This document shows, piece by piece, positions 26,450 to 41,515 of a DNA stretch of 64,000 nucleotides. Numbering within the stretch: position 1 is the first letter of the stretch; each line of letters begins with the position of its first letter. The stretch is from the NCBI RefSeq assembly GCF_009914755.1, contig NC_060939.1; one strand, 5' to 3'. The notes under the pieces were generated by a model that was given only the letters and a program-made list of their open reading frames with translations, made no database searches and had not been told where the DNA came from. The position numbers were made by a program, and so were the translations under genes. The stretch comes from the human T2T-CHM13v2.0 reference genome, Homo sapiens.

Positions 26450-28942
26450 AGGGTGACAGGTTTCTAAAGTCAAAAGTCAGCAAGAGCAGAGCAAAGACCC
26501 CATCTCTGGGCCAGGGAGCTTCCTGTTAATAAGATAAAGGATTATTTCATGTATTTGTATTTTTTAAATAATAGTTTATGTTTCAATATAAATCAAAGAG
26601 AGGAATCACTGAGCACTCAACCTGACGCAGAAAGTCAAGCCAGTTTCCTAGAAGAGGGGATCAGAGGTAGGTTTAGAAAGGAACGTGGGCAAGGGGAGCT
26701 GAAAAGCACGTCTCCTACTTGTTCTTCAGAGAAAAGCCCCATCCAAAGGGCACCCTGAGGACCATCTGGAGCCCAGTGGTGTGATCATTTGTTTCTTCCT
26801 CCAATATCTGCAAGTTCCCTGTTCTCTGGACTAATTGTCTACTCTGAACCCACTCACAGAAGGCACCCTGCCTGCCTCCTTCTGGAACATCATCCTATAG
26901 GTCAGACAAACTGTCTCTCCCCATATTGCATTTTTATCCTACTTTTGCAATTCAAAAAGCCCCTTTACTGAGGCCAGTCTGGCCTTATAGTTGCAGAATC
27001 AGCAACTACTGACTGAGATAGAATATATGGTTGAGAGGCAATGTGTTTAACTCCCAAAATACTTCCTCAGCCACTGCCCATAATTAAACTTCACCCAGAA
27101 CAGCACAACATCCTTTGAAAGTAACTCTTATTTTATACAGTGTTCATGTACTAACTTTCTTTAAGTGTCTTGCTTTTAAATTATTAAAAGCAATGATTAA
27201 GTTATTAAAATCATTAAAAATTATTTCAGTAATTATTTTAATAAAGAGCCAGGCACAAGTTCCTGGAAGACCATATCCAGTCACTGGAAGATATATTAGA
27301 ATGACCTACTACATATTCATAACAAGTTTAAGCAAAACAGGATTTCCTATCTATGGTCTTTAACTGGTTGAATATTCAAAGGAAGAATTTCATTTTTTCT
27401 AAAAATTACTTTTTAAGCCCAAGGGATATCTTCTCAGTCTCCTTCTCTAGGAAAAAAAAAAAAAAACTAAACAAAACCAACAACAAAAAAAGCACTCTCT
27501 TTTTCCCATTTATCATCCAAATAAATCACAATATGTATTTAAAGAGTTAGAAGCTAGAAAGCCCAAAGCATAAGGCTATCAAATATTTTTGTTCAGAATT
27601 ATGAGTGTGGATAAGAACTCTTCTCACTATTGCTGCACGTTATCATTCACGCATGGATTCATAGACAGAATAATCAGTTATAAAAGGCTTTCTAAGTTAG
27701 GTTTGGCTTGTAAATCAATTTGTCCTAAATTTACTTTCATTTTTATTTGTTCCTGATTCCTATAAACAACCTATATTTATCTGGTGTAGTCTTTATATCT
27801 GATTGTAGACTGATTCAGGACTGTTTGTCCTGATTTTGCTGTTAATTATTCTGTTTCTTTATTTGCCTAGTTACTCCATTAAGGCTTAACAAAAGTCAAA
27901 AATCATTTTCAATTATTAGTCTTGTGTTAATTTGTAATTAGGACTGTTAGGGTGTGCCTTCACTCATTTATTTATAGTTACTAAATGCCTATATAACAGA
28001 CTTTATACTAGGCATTATAGGAAAAAATAAAAATGAAGACAGTTTCTACCCATTATGTCAGTTGCAGTATGATAAGGAATCTATTAAGACAAGAGTTATA
28101 TGAAGTAGAAAGTGGTAAATCTACCGCTTAGATTTCACCAAGGTTTCGTGGGGTGACACAGCTGGAACCCAGCAGAGGAAAGAGAAACCAGGCCCAAGAG
28201 AAACAGCTCATTAGGAAAGATTATGTAGTAAACTTCATTATCAAGAAAATACACACCTACAAGAAATACATATAAATTGAAGAATGAAAGGATGGCACAG
28301 AATATTTGGCTTTAGAAAAAATGGAGGGGGTGAGAGGAGTGAATTATTCCAAAACTGTGCAACAGACAACATCCCAGGCTAAGAAGATATTTGATTAACA
28401 AGCAATATGCCAGACTAAAAAAATATATGATTTATTAAACTTTGATACAGATATAAACCTTATAAGTACAATTTATACATGTGATCTAAGAGATCAACAA
28501 TCAGGACATCTCATTTGGGCAAATCCCACCTGAGAAATTCTAAACTTTCTCTCCAAAATGTATTTCTCTCTGAAACTACAGAAAATACCCTGCGAAACTA
28601 CTTCTCTAATGGGGAATAAAGAGTTGGCTAAATGAAAATGTTAAAACCTTATGAGAAGCACATAAACTTGGATTTTGCAATAACTAGAAAAGGGGAATTT
28701 AGCCAAGTCAAGAATATACATGATCTGGACAGCCATATTCTAAGACTTTCAAAAGAAAAGTAAGATCAAGTCCATTCTCTGATCTCCAGAAAGGAAAATG
28801 AAAAATTGGAAGACTTTAAAAATAATTTTTATTATATAGCATCAAATCCTAATCAAATGATAAGAAATGTATTCAAATAAGTGTTGTATGAAATTATTTT
28901 CAAATGGGAACAAGTAGTAGCAAAGGCCACATAAAAAGGTAC

Positions 28943-29696
28943 TATAATTGCCCGACAGGTAATTCCTGCACACTGCACAGACAAAAACCAGCTCACTGAG
29001 ACTGTGGTATTGCAGCAGAGAAAAAGTCTGATTGATGCAAGGCTTGCGACACTGAAGAACTGGAGTTATCACTCAAATCAGTTATCTCCAAGAACTCAGA
29101 GGCTAGGGTTTTTATGAATAATTTGGTGGGCAGTGGGCTAGGGAATGGGTCCTGCTGGTTGATTGGGGATGAAATCACAGGGGTATGGAAAACACTCCTC
29201 ATGCACTGAGTCTACCTCTGGGTAGGGGCCACAGGACCAGTTGAGCCATGAGTCACAGTTCTGGGTGGGTTCAGTCAGTTTCCAGAATGCAATAATCTGA
29301 AAATCATCTCAAAAGACAAATCTTGGGTTCTACAATAGTGATGTTAACTATAGGAGCAATTGGGGAATTCACAAACCTTGTGACCTCTGGCCACATGACC
29401 CTTGAATAGCAAGGGATCATAGGAACTATGCATTTTAACAAAATTCAGGCCCCTCCCAAAATCCTAATTTCATGGCCTTTCGCTAGTTTTTGGTCCCCGA
29501 GCAAGGAAGGGGTTAGTTTTAGGGACTGATTATTATCATCCTTGCTTCCAAGTTAAACTAAATTCCTCCCATGGTTAGCTTGGCCTCTGCCCAGGAATGA
29601 GTGAGGACAGCCAGCCTGTGAGGCTAGAAGCAAGATGGAGTCAGCCATGTGAGATTTCTCTCACTGTCAAAATCTTTGCAAACAAAAGTGGTTTCA
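28943..29696 (-). mobile_element. LTR8A-like solo LTR (ERV1)
   Basis: Minus strand begins tgaaaccac...tttgcaaagattttgacagtgagagaaatctcacatggctgactccatcttgcttctagcctcacaggctggctgtcc, the LTR8A 5' signature. Confidence 0.85.
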
Positions 29697-30269
29697 GGAT
29701 CAATGTAGATGCCTAGATGGTCCTCTGCTGAGCTCAGAATTTTTTAAAATGTATAAAAGTTGGAAATAAGATGCATAGGCAATAAGGAAAAGTCTCATAA
29801 TTAGAAAAAAAACTAGTGCAAGTTTGGCTAAAACCTTGTGATAAACTGAGACTTGACGGAAATTAGAACAAAGGACTAAAGAATAAACATAGAAGGGAGG
29901 AAAGGAAGCCACATAATGAAATATTTTATACATCAGAGGGAAGACATCAATGAAATAATAAATTCAGCTGAAGCTCATAAACAAGGGAACAAGACTGAAA
30001 AGAGTACTGGGTTGGGCTTCTGTGACACTGGTTTTCCACCCCTGACTTTTCCACCTTAATTCCCTGAATTTCAGTTTCCTTCTTTATCCTAAGAGCTCTT
30101 TATGTTAGGGAATGTATTTGGATCTGTATGTGGGTAATCCACAGGCAGTATCTGGCCCTTCTCCATCTTCTCAGGACCTCATTTTCTAGGTGGATTCTTT
30201 TCTTTTACCATCTTAGCTCCTACATCTATGTTCAACCTTCTTGGGGTCCTCCTACTCTAGAGTGTTTAG

Positions 30270-30951
30270 GTGTGTAAAGACAAATGCAAATTTAAAATAT
30301 GGCTTCATTCTCCATGTTGAAAACAAAGGAAGAGATTTTTCTTCCCCTCCTTTTTCTCAGAGCATTCACCATAGAAAGTTTGGAATTGTGAGTTCCTTCT
30401 CACCTTTTTGAAATGTATATAAATCTTTTTGAAGACTACATTGGCCTTTTGTCAGCTAGCCTTTTCTTCCCTTAATGACTGAGGAATGTCTTTCTCACAA
30501 ATTTGGAGGACGACAGGAGATAGCATTCCTGTACCCCAATTTCTATTGGAGGGTGGGACCCTAACTTTAGTAGGCTCCTTGTTCCAAGAGGCAAAACTAC
30601 CTCTTGTCACAAAGAGATAAGTTTGTTTTTTCTCCAGATAAAGTTAATTAGCTAACACAGATGGTCACTCTAATTACCAGGTAAAGTTTGGATAAATTAT
30701 CTGTGACAAATGGTGTTGTCAACCCCTCTTACTTGAGGACTAGTTATTGTTTATCTTGAAAATATGTATGCAACATCTATATAAAAAAGGGAGATTTCTG
30801 TTTCTGCAATCTCTTAGTGGATTGCTTGTGATGTGCATCACATTCTGGCTTAGTGCTTATTCAATCATTTAAAATGTTTTTTTTTCTCTCTACTACCTTT
30901 GGGAAGAAGATTTCTAGGTGGGAAGACTGTTTTTAATATATTTCTCCAATA
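30270..30951 (+). mobile_element. ERV1-class solo LTR (MER92/MER34-group-like)
   Basis: Starts TG; ctcagagcattcaccatagaaagtttggaattgtgagttccttctc...gaaatgtatataaatc motif; TATA-like ctatataaaa near 30777. Subfamily uncertain. Confidence 0.6.
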
Positions 30952-33152
30952 GGTGCCAACCATTCTTTTCCTGCTAACTCTTTGAAAATTAACATCTATA
31001 AATATACTTTGTGGCAGTATTCATAAGACAAATGTATGCTTATTGGGAAAGAGGTAAACTTACAATACACTTAATTTGAGAGGGTTGCTTTATTAAATCT
31101 CAACAGTTGACATTTTAAAGCTGCATTTGTTATTGTTGTACTAAAATTTTTAAGAATCGTTTTATGTTTGTGGGTTTGTCTGTTTTTTTGTTTGTTTGTT
31201 TTGCTTGATTCCATGTAAGTAAAGATCAGAATTGAACTTGAGTTTCTGCCTTGAAAAAAAGGTTATGATCCACTTAATAATGTTGAAATGGCATCTGGAA
31301 ATTTTTCCAAATGGAAAAAACAGCACTTTTGGTATTTTTATTGGTATATGATATCTGAATGCTAAATATTTGCAGCCTACATAATGAAAGAATTGTCATG
31401 TTCTACTGAAATCATCTGTTTCATTGGAGGTCATTGAAACCATGGAAACCATTTGACAACATATTTTCTCCCACCAGCTGCTACAAATTGATAATAATTG
31501 GACTTTGACAGATATTTCCTGATGGAAATTATGTATCTGCCTTAAGAGACAAACAGTGATATTAGTCATTATACTAATTCATGGACAACAGCAAAACAAA
31601 GAAGGCCAGGTGGCAATGGATATACAGGAAATAGTGAGGGTTATGGAGGGCTAAGTTCTCTATGGTCAATAACTAATATGTTTTGGGAATACAGAGAGTT
31701 TATCAAAATTGTCAGAGATGTCATTGCAATGGTAAGACAGAGAATGTAGACAACATGTGAGTTTCATGTCACAAGCCATCTATAATTGGGAGTGACTGAT
31801 TAGAGCACTGAGTTGAGGAAGATTCTGAGGCCGTGTCTGTCACAAGTGTAGAGGCAAAGAGTAGCAGCCTATGAGTGATGTATTTGGCTGTTCCTAATCT
31901 AAAAGCTCTTTTTGTGACTCATGCCTTGGTTAGACCTATTGACAGAGTATAGGCTGTCCTGGTCTGCAAGACAGAGTCAAGAAATGACTGCAACTGGTTA
32001 GATGAGAAGATCTGACAGACTATAGCATGAGGAATGACTGGTAAATTTTGACCAGGGAGGGCGGGGCCAAGATGGCCAACTAGAAGCAGTGGCGGTTGGA
32101 GGCTCCTATTGAAAAGATTCAAAACACAGTGCAAATCCTGCACCAGCAACCAAGGTATCCAGATTCTGTCATTAGGACAGACTAGGTGGCTGGCGTGACC
32201 CATGGAGAGGAAGGACAAACAGTGTAGTGCAGCGACCTACCTGAGAGCCACAAGGGGCACGGGAGCCCCTACCTCCAGCCAAGGGAGGTGGTGAGTTACC
32301 ATGCTACCCAGCCTGGAAAACTGTGCCTTTTCCGTGAAACTGTGCAACCCACAGATTGGAAGATCCCACTCGTTAGCCCACACCACTGGGACCTTGGGTC
32401 CCAACCACAAAGCTGCACAGATTCTCAACAGCCACTCAACTAGAATTGGCCTAAACTTGCCGTGTTCCCGGGGGGAGGGGCGGCCATCACCACTGCTGCA
32501 GCTGCCTGCTGTCTAAGCAGACTGAACTCCTTGGGGGAGGGGCAGCAATCAACACTGGAGGAACTGCAGGAACTCCAACTCCAGCCAAGGGCTCAGGGAC
32601 AGAACTCTGATCTCCCTGGGTCTGAACCCCTAGCGGGAGGGGAGGCGGTAGTCTCCATGGACCAGCACATTTAGTCTTTCCTCCTGCCAGCTCTGAGGAA
32701 TCCAGGCAGCCCAGATGAGTGGGCTTCCCCCTAGCACAGCACATCCCCTCCACCAAGGGACAGCCAAAGTGCCTTATTAAACGGGTCCTGCTTGCCATGC
32801 CACTCAACTGGGTGAGAACCCCCAACAGGGGTTGTCAGACATACTATATAGGAGTGTTCCTACTGGTATCAGGTTGGTGCCCCCTCGAGGTCAGAGACCC
32901 CAGAGGAAGCAGCACGCACCCATCTTTGCTATTCCCCAGCCTCCTTGAGTGACATCTCCAGGCAGGAGAGTGAACCAGGTGAATAGGGCCTGAAGTGAGC
33001 CCCCAGAAAACTGCAGCAGCCCTACAGAAGAGGGGCCTAACTTGACTATTGAAAGAAAAACAAACAAACAGAAAGCAACAACAACAGCATCAACAAAATG
33101 GTCCCCACAAAAACCTCATCCAACGGTCAGCAGCCTCAAAAGTAGAAAAACA

Positions 33153-34190
33153 CATGAAGATGATAAAGAATCAACAAAAAAAAATCACTGAAAACCCAAA
33201 AGTACAGAGTGGCTCTTCTGCACCAAGTAATCACAACTACAGCAAGGGCACAGAACTGGACAGAGAATGAGATCGATGAAGTGACAGAAGTAGGCTTCAG
33301 AAAGTGAGTAATAACAAACTTCACTCAGGTAAAGGAGCATTTTCTGACCCAATGCAAAGAAGCAAAGAACCTTGATAAAAGGTTAGGGGAGCTGCTAACT
33401 AGAATAACCAGTTTAGAGAGGAACATAAATGACCTGATGGAGCAGAAAAACACAGCACAAGAACTTTATGAAGCATACACAAGTATCACTAGCCAAATTA
33501 ACAAAGAAAAAGAAAGAATATCAGAGCTGGAAGACTATCTTGCTGAAATAAGTGAGGCAGATGAGATTAAACAAAAAAGAATAAAAAGGAATGAACGAAA
33601 CCTCCAAGAAATATGGGACTATGTAAAAAGACCAAACCTACAACTGATTGGAGTAACTGAAAGAGACAAGGAGAATGAAACCAAGTTAGAAAACACACCT
33701 CAGGATATTATCCAGGAGAACTTCCGCAACCTAGCAAGACAGGTCAACATTCAAATTTAGGAAATACAGACAACCCCACTAAGATACTCCATGAGAAGAT
33801 CAACTCCAAGACACACAATCATCATTTTCTCCAAGGTTAAAATGAAGGAAAAAATGTTAACAGCAGCCAGACAGAAAGGCCAGGTCACCTACTAAGAAAA
33901 GCCCATGAGACTAACAGTGGATCACTCTGCAGCAACCCTACAAGCCAGAAGAGAGTGGGGGCCAATATTCGACATTCTTAAAGAAAAGAATTTTCAACCC
34001 AGAATTTCATATCCAGTCAAACTAAACTTCATAAGCAAAGGAGAAACAAAATCCTCTTCAGAAAAGCAAATGCTGAGGGAATTCATCAGCACTGGGCCTG
34101 ACTTACAAGAGCTCTTGAAGGAAGCACTAAATATGGAGAAAAAAAAAGAACCTGTACCAGCCATTGCAAAATACATGAAAGTATAAAGAC
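33153..34190 (+). pseudogene. Disrupted L1 ORF1
   Basis: Fragments LQEIWDYVKRPNLQLIGV and LQARREWGPIFDILKEKNFQPRISYP, separated by stops and frameshifts. Confidence 0.9.
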
Positions 34191-34619
34191 CAATGACACT
34201 ATGAAGAAACGGCATCAACTACTGTGCAAAATAACCAGCTAGCATCATGATGACAGGACAAATTCACACATAACAATATTAACCTTAAATGTAAATGGGC
34301 TAAATGCCACAATTAACAGACACAGACTGTTGAATAAAGAGTCAAGACCCATCAGTGTGCTGTATTCAGGAAACCCATCTCACATGCAAAGATACACATA
34401 GGCTCAAAAAAAGAGATGGAGGAAAATTTACCAAGCAAATGGAAAGCAGAAAAAAGCAGGGGTTGCAATACTAGTCTCTGACAAAACAGACTTTAAACCA
34501 ACGAAGATCAAAAAAGACAAAGAAGGGCATTACATAATGGTAAAGGGATCAATGCAATCAAGAAGAGATAACTATCCTAAATATATATGCACCCAATATA
34601 GGCAAACCCAGATTCATAA

Positions 34620-34850
<231 letters not shown>

Positions 34851-36025
34851 CATAAAAAAACAATTTCTTAGAGACCTACAAAGAGACTTAGACTGCCACA
34901 CAATAATAGTGGGATACTTCAACACCCCACTGTCAATATTATGCAGATCAATGAGACAGAAAATTAACAAGGATATTCAGGACTTGAAATCAGCTCCAGA
35001 TCAAGCAGACCTAATAGACATCTACAGAACTCTCTACCCCAAATCAACAGAGTATACATTCTTCTCAGTGCCACGTGGCACTTATTCTAAAATCAACCAC
35101 ATAATTGGAAGTAAAACACTCTGCAGCAAATGCAAAAAAACTGAAATCATAACAGTCTCTCAGACCACAGTGCCATCAAATTAGAACCCAACTCAGGATT
35201 AAGAAACTCACTCAAAAGCACACAATTTTATGGAAATTGAACAACCTGCTCCTGAATGACTCCTGGGTAAATAATGAAATTAAGGCAGAGATCAAGAATT
35301 TCTCTGAAAGCAATGAGAGCAAAGATACATTGTACCGGCATCACTGGGATGCAGCTAAAACAGTGTTAATGGGGAAATTTATAGCAATTAATGCCTACAT
35401 CAGAAAGCTAGAAAGATCTCAAATCGACACACTAACATCACAATTAAAGGAACTAGAGAAGCAAGAGCAAACAAATCCAAAAGCTAGCAGAAGACAAGAA
35501 ATAACAAAGATCAAAGTGGAACAGGAGGAGATAGAGACATGAAAAACCCTTCAAAAAAAATCAATGAATCCAGCAGCTGGGTTTTTGAAAAAAATAAAAA
35601 ATAAAATAGATAGACCACTAGCTAGACTAATAAAGAAGAAAAGAAAGAAGAATGAAATAGATGCAATAAAAATTGATATAGAAAAATATCACTGCTGACC
35701 CCACATTCTCTGATGATAGTTTGTAGAAATAGACTAGAAAATCTAGAAGAAATTGATAAATTCCTGCACACATACACCCTCCCAAAACTAAACCAGGAGG
35801 AAGTCAAATCCCTGAATAGACCAATAACAAGTTCTGAAATTGAGGCAGTAATCAATAGCCTACCAACCAAGAAAAGCCCAGGACCAGATGGATTCACAGC
35901 TGAATTCTACCAGAGGTACAAAGAGGAGCTGGTAGTTTCCTTCTGAAACTATTTCAAACGGTTGAAAAGGAGGACTCCTCCCTAACTCATTTTATGAGGT
36001 ATCATCCTGATACTAAAACCTGGCA

Positions 36026-36026
<1 letters not shown>

Positions 36027-36063
<37 letters not shown>
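36027..36063. repeat. (AC)n microsatellite, about 18 units
   Basis: Read directly; expanded from the L1 agacaca motif. Confidence 0.95.
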
Positions 36064-36065
<2 letters not shown>

Positions 36066-39000
36066 TTCAGGTCAATATCCCTGATGAACATTGATGCGAA
36101 AATCCTCAATAAAATACTAGCAAACCAAATCCAGCAGCACATCAAAAAGTTTATCCACCACAATCAAGTCAGCTTCCTCCCTGGGATGCAAATGGGTTCA
36201 ACATACACATATCAATAAACATAATCCGTTACATAAACAGAACCAACAACAAAAACCACATGATTATCTCAATAGATGCAGAAAAGGCCTCCAATAAAAT
36301 AAAACATCCCTTCATGTTAAAAACTCTCAACAAACTAGGTATTGATGGAACATATTTTAAAATAATAAAATCTATTTATGAAAATCTCACAGCCAATATC
36401 ATACTGAATGAGCAAAAGCTGGAAGCATTCTCTTTGAAAACCAGCACAAGACAAGGATGCCCTCTCTCACCACTCCTATTCAACATAGTATTGGAAGTTC
36501 TGGCCAGGGCAATCAGGCAGGAAATAAAGGGTATTGAGATAGGAAGAGAGGAAGTCAAATTGTCTCTGTTTGCAGATGACATAATCCTACATTTAGAAAA
36601 CCCCATCATCTCAGCCCAAAATCTCTGTAAGCTGATAAGCAACTTCAGCAAAGTCTGAGGATACAAAATCAATGTGCAAGCACATGTGTTCCTATACACC
36701 AACAACAGACAAGCAGAGAGCCAAATCATGAATGAACTCTCATTCACAACTGCTACAAAGAGAATAAAATACCTAGGAATACAGCTAATAAGGTATGTGA
36801 AGGACCTCTTCAAGAAGAACTACAAACCACTGCTCAAGGACATAAGAGAGTAAGAGAGTACACAAACAAATGGAAAAAAATTCCATCCTCATGGATAGGA
36901 AGAATCAGTATCATGAAAATGGCCATACTGCCCAAAGTAAGTAATTTATAGATTCATTGCTATTCCCATCAAACTACCATTGACATTCTTCAAGAATTAG
37001 AAAAAACTACTTTAAAATTCACATGGAACTAAAAAACAGGCCACATAGCCAAGACAATCCTAAGCAAAAGAACAAAGCTGGAGGCATTACACTACATGAC
37101 TCCAAACTATACTACAAGGCTACAGTAAACAAAACAGCATGATACTGGTCCAAGAACAGACATATAGACCAAGGGAATAGAATAGAGACCTCAGAAATAA
37201 GACCACACATCTAAAGTCATCTGTTCTTCAACAAACCTGACAAAAACAAGCAATGGGGAAAGGATTCCCTATTTAATAAATGGTGCTGGGAAAACTGGCT
37301 AGCCATATGCAGAAAACAGAAACTGGACCCCTTCCTTATATCTTATACAAAAATTAACTCAACATGGATTAAAGATTTAAATGTAAGACCTAAAACCATA
37401 AAAGCCCTAGAAGAAAACCTAGGCAATACCATTCAGGACATAGGCATGGGCAAAGACTTCATGACAAAAATGCCAAAAGCAACTGCAACAAAAGCTAAAA
37501 TTGACAAATGGGATCTAATTAATCTAAAGAGCTTCTGCACAGCAAAAGAAACTATCATCAGAGTGAACAGGCAATCTATAGAATGGGAGAAAAGTTTTGC
37601 AATCTACCCATCTGACAAAGGTCTAATATCCAGACTTTACAAGGAACTTAAACAAATATACAAGAAAAAAACAATCCCATCCAAAAGTGGGCAAAGTATA
37701 TAAACAGACACTTCTCAAAAGACGACATTTATACAGCCAACAAACATATTTTAAAAAGCTCAACATCACTGATCATTAGAAAAATGCAAATCAAAACAAC
37801 AATGAGATACCATCTCAGGCCAGTCAGAATGGCAATTATTAAAAAGTCAAGAAACAACAGATCCTGGCAAGGCTGTGGAGAAATAGGAATGCTTTTATGT
37901 TGTTGGTGGGAATGTAAATTAGTTCAAACATTGTGAAAGACAGTGTGGTGACTCCTCAATGATCTAGAACCAGAAATATCATTTGACCCAGCAATCCCAT
38001 TACTGGGTATATACCCAAAGCAATATAAGTCATTCTACTATAAAGATACATGCACATATGTGTTTACTGCAGCACTTTTCACAATAGCAAAGACATGGAC
38101 CCAACCCAAATGCCCATCAATGATAGACTGGAGAAAGAAAATATGGCACATATACACCATGGAATACTATGCAGCCACAAAAAGGAATGAGATCATGTCC
38201 TTTGCAGGGACATGGATGAAGCTGGAAGCCATCATCCTCAGCAAACGAACACAGGAAAAGAAAACCAAACACCACATCTTCTCACTCATAAGTGGGAGTT
38301 TAACAATGACAACACATGGACACAGGGACGGGAACATCATACACTGGGGCCTGTCAGGAGTGGGGGTGATGATGGGAGGGAAAGCATCAGGACTAACAGC
38401 TAATGCATGTGGGGCTAAAAGCCTAGGTGACAGGTTGATAGGTGCAGCAAACCACCATGGCACACATAAACCTATGTAACAAACCTGCATGTTCTGCACA
38501 TGTATTCTGGAACTTAAGGTAAAAAAATAAAAATAATAATACATAAATAAATAAAAATTAAAAAATAAAATTTTGACCATAAGAACCTAACTCACACAAA
38601 GTCACAAATTGGGAAAATTGAGAAGGTGAAATCTGTTCAACAGTTCTCCAAATTTAGGAGTTGAAGCACTTGGCTAAGAAAAAAAAATACATATAATCCA
38701 ACTAACATTTAAAAAAGAAAAGGCGGGGGGAAAAAAGCAAAGGAGAGTACTCATTTAGGGCCATAATAACCATCTAGGACATTTTTAAGAGAGTCATATC
38801 TCTTCTTGCTGGTTGGTTTTTAGTTTTTCCTTCAAATCACAGCTTCCTATATTGATAAAATTCTGGACCTGGAAGGTATCTTGGATACTATAAAATACAA
38901 CTTCCTCATTTTCCTAAAAAGGAAAGAAGGTGACACCCAGAAAGGTAAATTGTTTAAGATCACACAGCTTCTAAATGGCAGTGCCAGGACTAAAAGCCCT

Positions 39001-41378
39001 AAGACCAAAATAGTTCAGTTTTCTTTTTAGCTCACTATTTTGTGAGACTGACCCTCCTTGCCTTAATCTGGAGTTCCTGTCTTATGCAAACCTTCACCTC
39101 ACACAAGGGCGTAACCAGGGCCCTGCATCTAGACCTGGAGGCATCTTTTAAGTAGACAGAGCTGAGCATAAACACCAACCTGGCTGAACTTCAAGGGCTT
39201 CTTCCATGATTCTTATAAGAATTAGGTACCTGCCATCCCTCCAGGTGCTCTTTGTAGATAACCAAAGTCTCACCAGAAGGTTGGGTTAGGCTTCCAATCT
39301 AGGAAAAGACTCCATCCCAAACCTACCATGTGACACCACACCCCAAAACAATAGGTGCCCCTCAAGAAATTTCCCCATTCCTTGAGGCCTGGAGTTCACC
39401 AGTTCCTCTATTATAATCTCCCATGAGTCCTCATCTCCTGTTCCTGAATGTTCCTGGACATAGACAGAGAAAATATGACTTGTTGATTGAGTTTTCTTTT
39501 CACTTTTAATGAGGCTGACTAAATTAAACACTTAGGACTTGGCACCCAAGTTTTAAGTCAAGACCTATGAAATGAAGCTCAGTGGTCAACACTGGAAACC
39601 CAATAGAGCCTTACCCCTTCTCCAAAACTGAGGAGAATGCTTTAACACACAGTTTCACAAACTCCTCTTAGACCAATCATAGCTTCTTAGCAAGCTGAGG
39701 ACTCGTGGGACTTTGTGCTGTAGCACTCATTTCTACACATTAGGAGGAGACAACTCTAGAACATACCATTCCTCTTTTGGTCATGATCTGGGGTCAACCT
39801 GAGAGAGACCACTTAATAAATCTTCTCATGCTTTCTTTACATTTGTAAAATATTCTCCCCCAAGTATATCTAAAACACAATGCTATAGACCTATTATCAC
39901 ATTGTCCAGATATAGAATATTCCAGAGTACAAACCTGAAAATGTTGGCTAAAACATTTTACTACTACTCCTTAGTTTATGTTGGCCACTAAGACACCATG
40001 TGATTTTAGTGTATACAAAGACACCAACACCCACATAAATAATATCAGTAATGGGAACTCTCCTGGAAGGTGAACACTTTTAATATCTCATGGCGCACCG
40101 TGCCAGACAACAAAGTTTCCTCCACCTATATTTGGACCTTCTCAGGATATGTAATATTCTCTTGGAGTCCCCACAGAAGCACACTTGCAGTATGATATTC
40201 TCTAGGATACAACAAGCGGAGACCCTGGGTCCTTTCTACCAGGCTTCAGCATTACAGTGCCAGAACATCTTATCTTCCTAAGTTCACCCCAGCAAGAGAG
40301 CATCAGAGAGAACAAGCAGCTGTAGGAGTGCAGTAAAGAATTACAAGCAAACAGCTCTTCTACAGCTGCTAAGAGCCAGGGGGCTGATAAACTCTTTGAT
40401 CTTTCTCTCATCTTTTAAAGATGCTTTGAAATCAAGAGACCAGGATATATCCTAGAGATCAGGACAGCAGGAAAACTTTTTCTCTTGCCCTTGCAGCCCA
40501 TTAATAGAAGCCCAGACATCTTACCCCAAAACTGCAGGTTATATTGAGAGACATAAATGGCCATTAACTTTTTGAGCAGCTTGTTAGGAAGAGGGCCCCA
40601 GGACCATTCTCTAAAGGTCTGCAAGTCTTGAGAAGCAGAAAAGAAAGATTACCTAAAGTCTGCACCATGAGAAAGCAGCCACAACAGGAATTACATCAAA
40701 GGTGTGGATGACAAGAGCCATTTACAGGCTGACAACTTAAAGTCCCAACAGCAGGAGAAGAGGAAAGAGAGCGAGAGAGAGAGAGAGAGAGACCCTGCCC
40801 CAAGTAAAGATAGAGCAGGCAAGAAACTGCCCAAAAGAAAAGAACACATCAAGAATGAGTTCAAACAATGAGTTTTGCAAGGAGGTCAGCAAAGCCACAG
40901 ACAAAAAGACATTACAGAGGGATGCTATAAACTCCTGGCAAGACCCACAGGAAGATGACAGAAGAGTAGACATAAAGGCAGCTAGACTGATGCTGGCCTG
41001 GCCTTGACTGACCCAAGCACTTTATCAACTCTCGGTATAAGAAACGCTGTTGGTAACAACTAAATTCACCTTTATATAACATGTTCAAAGTAAGGTATAT
41101 TCACTGAAATAATATTTAATTGTTTGACTGAATTTATTACTCACACTTTTCTCCCTAAAGAATAGGTATTTGGTATGCTTGGTGCCCCGTGGCTGATGGA
41201 AACCCACAGCTGTAGTCGCAACAGCTCACACCAGTATAACTAGATCCATCAAGTGGAGAGTCAACAGCACATTACAGGGAGCACCGGAATGCAGAGAACT
41301 TATCTGCTTCAGTCAGGCCTGATTGGTGGAGTCATAGATTGTTGTCAGTTTTGCTGTAATCTTTTCTTTCCTCTAAAT

Positions 41379-41515
41379 CAGAGGTTGGCAAACTCTGGTG
41401 GCATCTGGGTCAAATTCAGCCAACTGCCTGATTTTTTAAATAAAGCTTTATTGATACACAGCCACGCCCCTTCATCTACATATTATCTGTGGCCGCTCTC
41501 TCACTATAATGACAA
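41379..41515. mobile_element. MER58A fragment
   Basis: cagaggttggcaaact...aaataaagctttattgatacacagccacgcccc. Confidence 0.8.

Noticed and set aside
40480-41150. Purine-rich stretch resembling an ancient Gypsy-type LTR
   Set aside because: I could not identify termini or a diagnostic motif; it needs a Dfam search.
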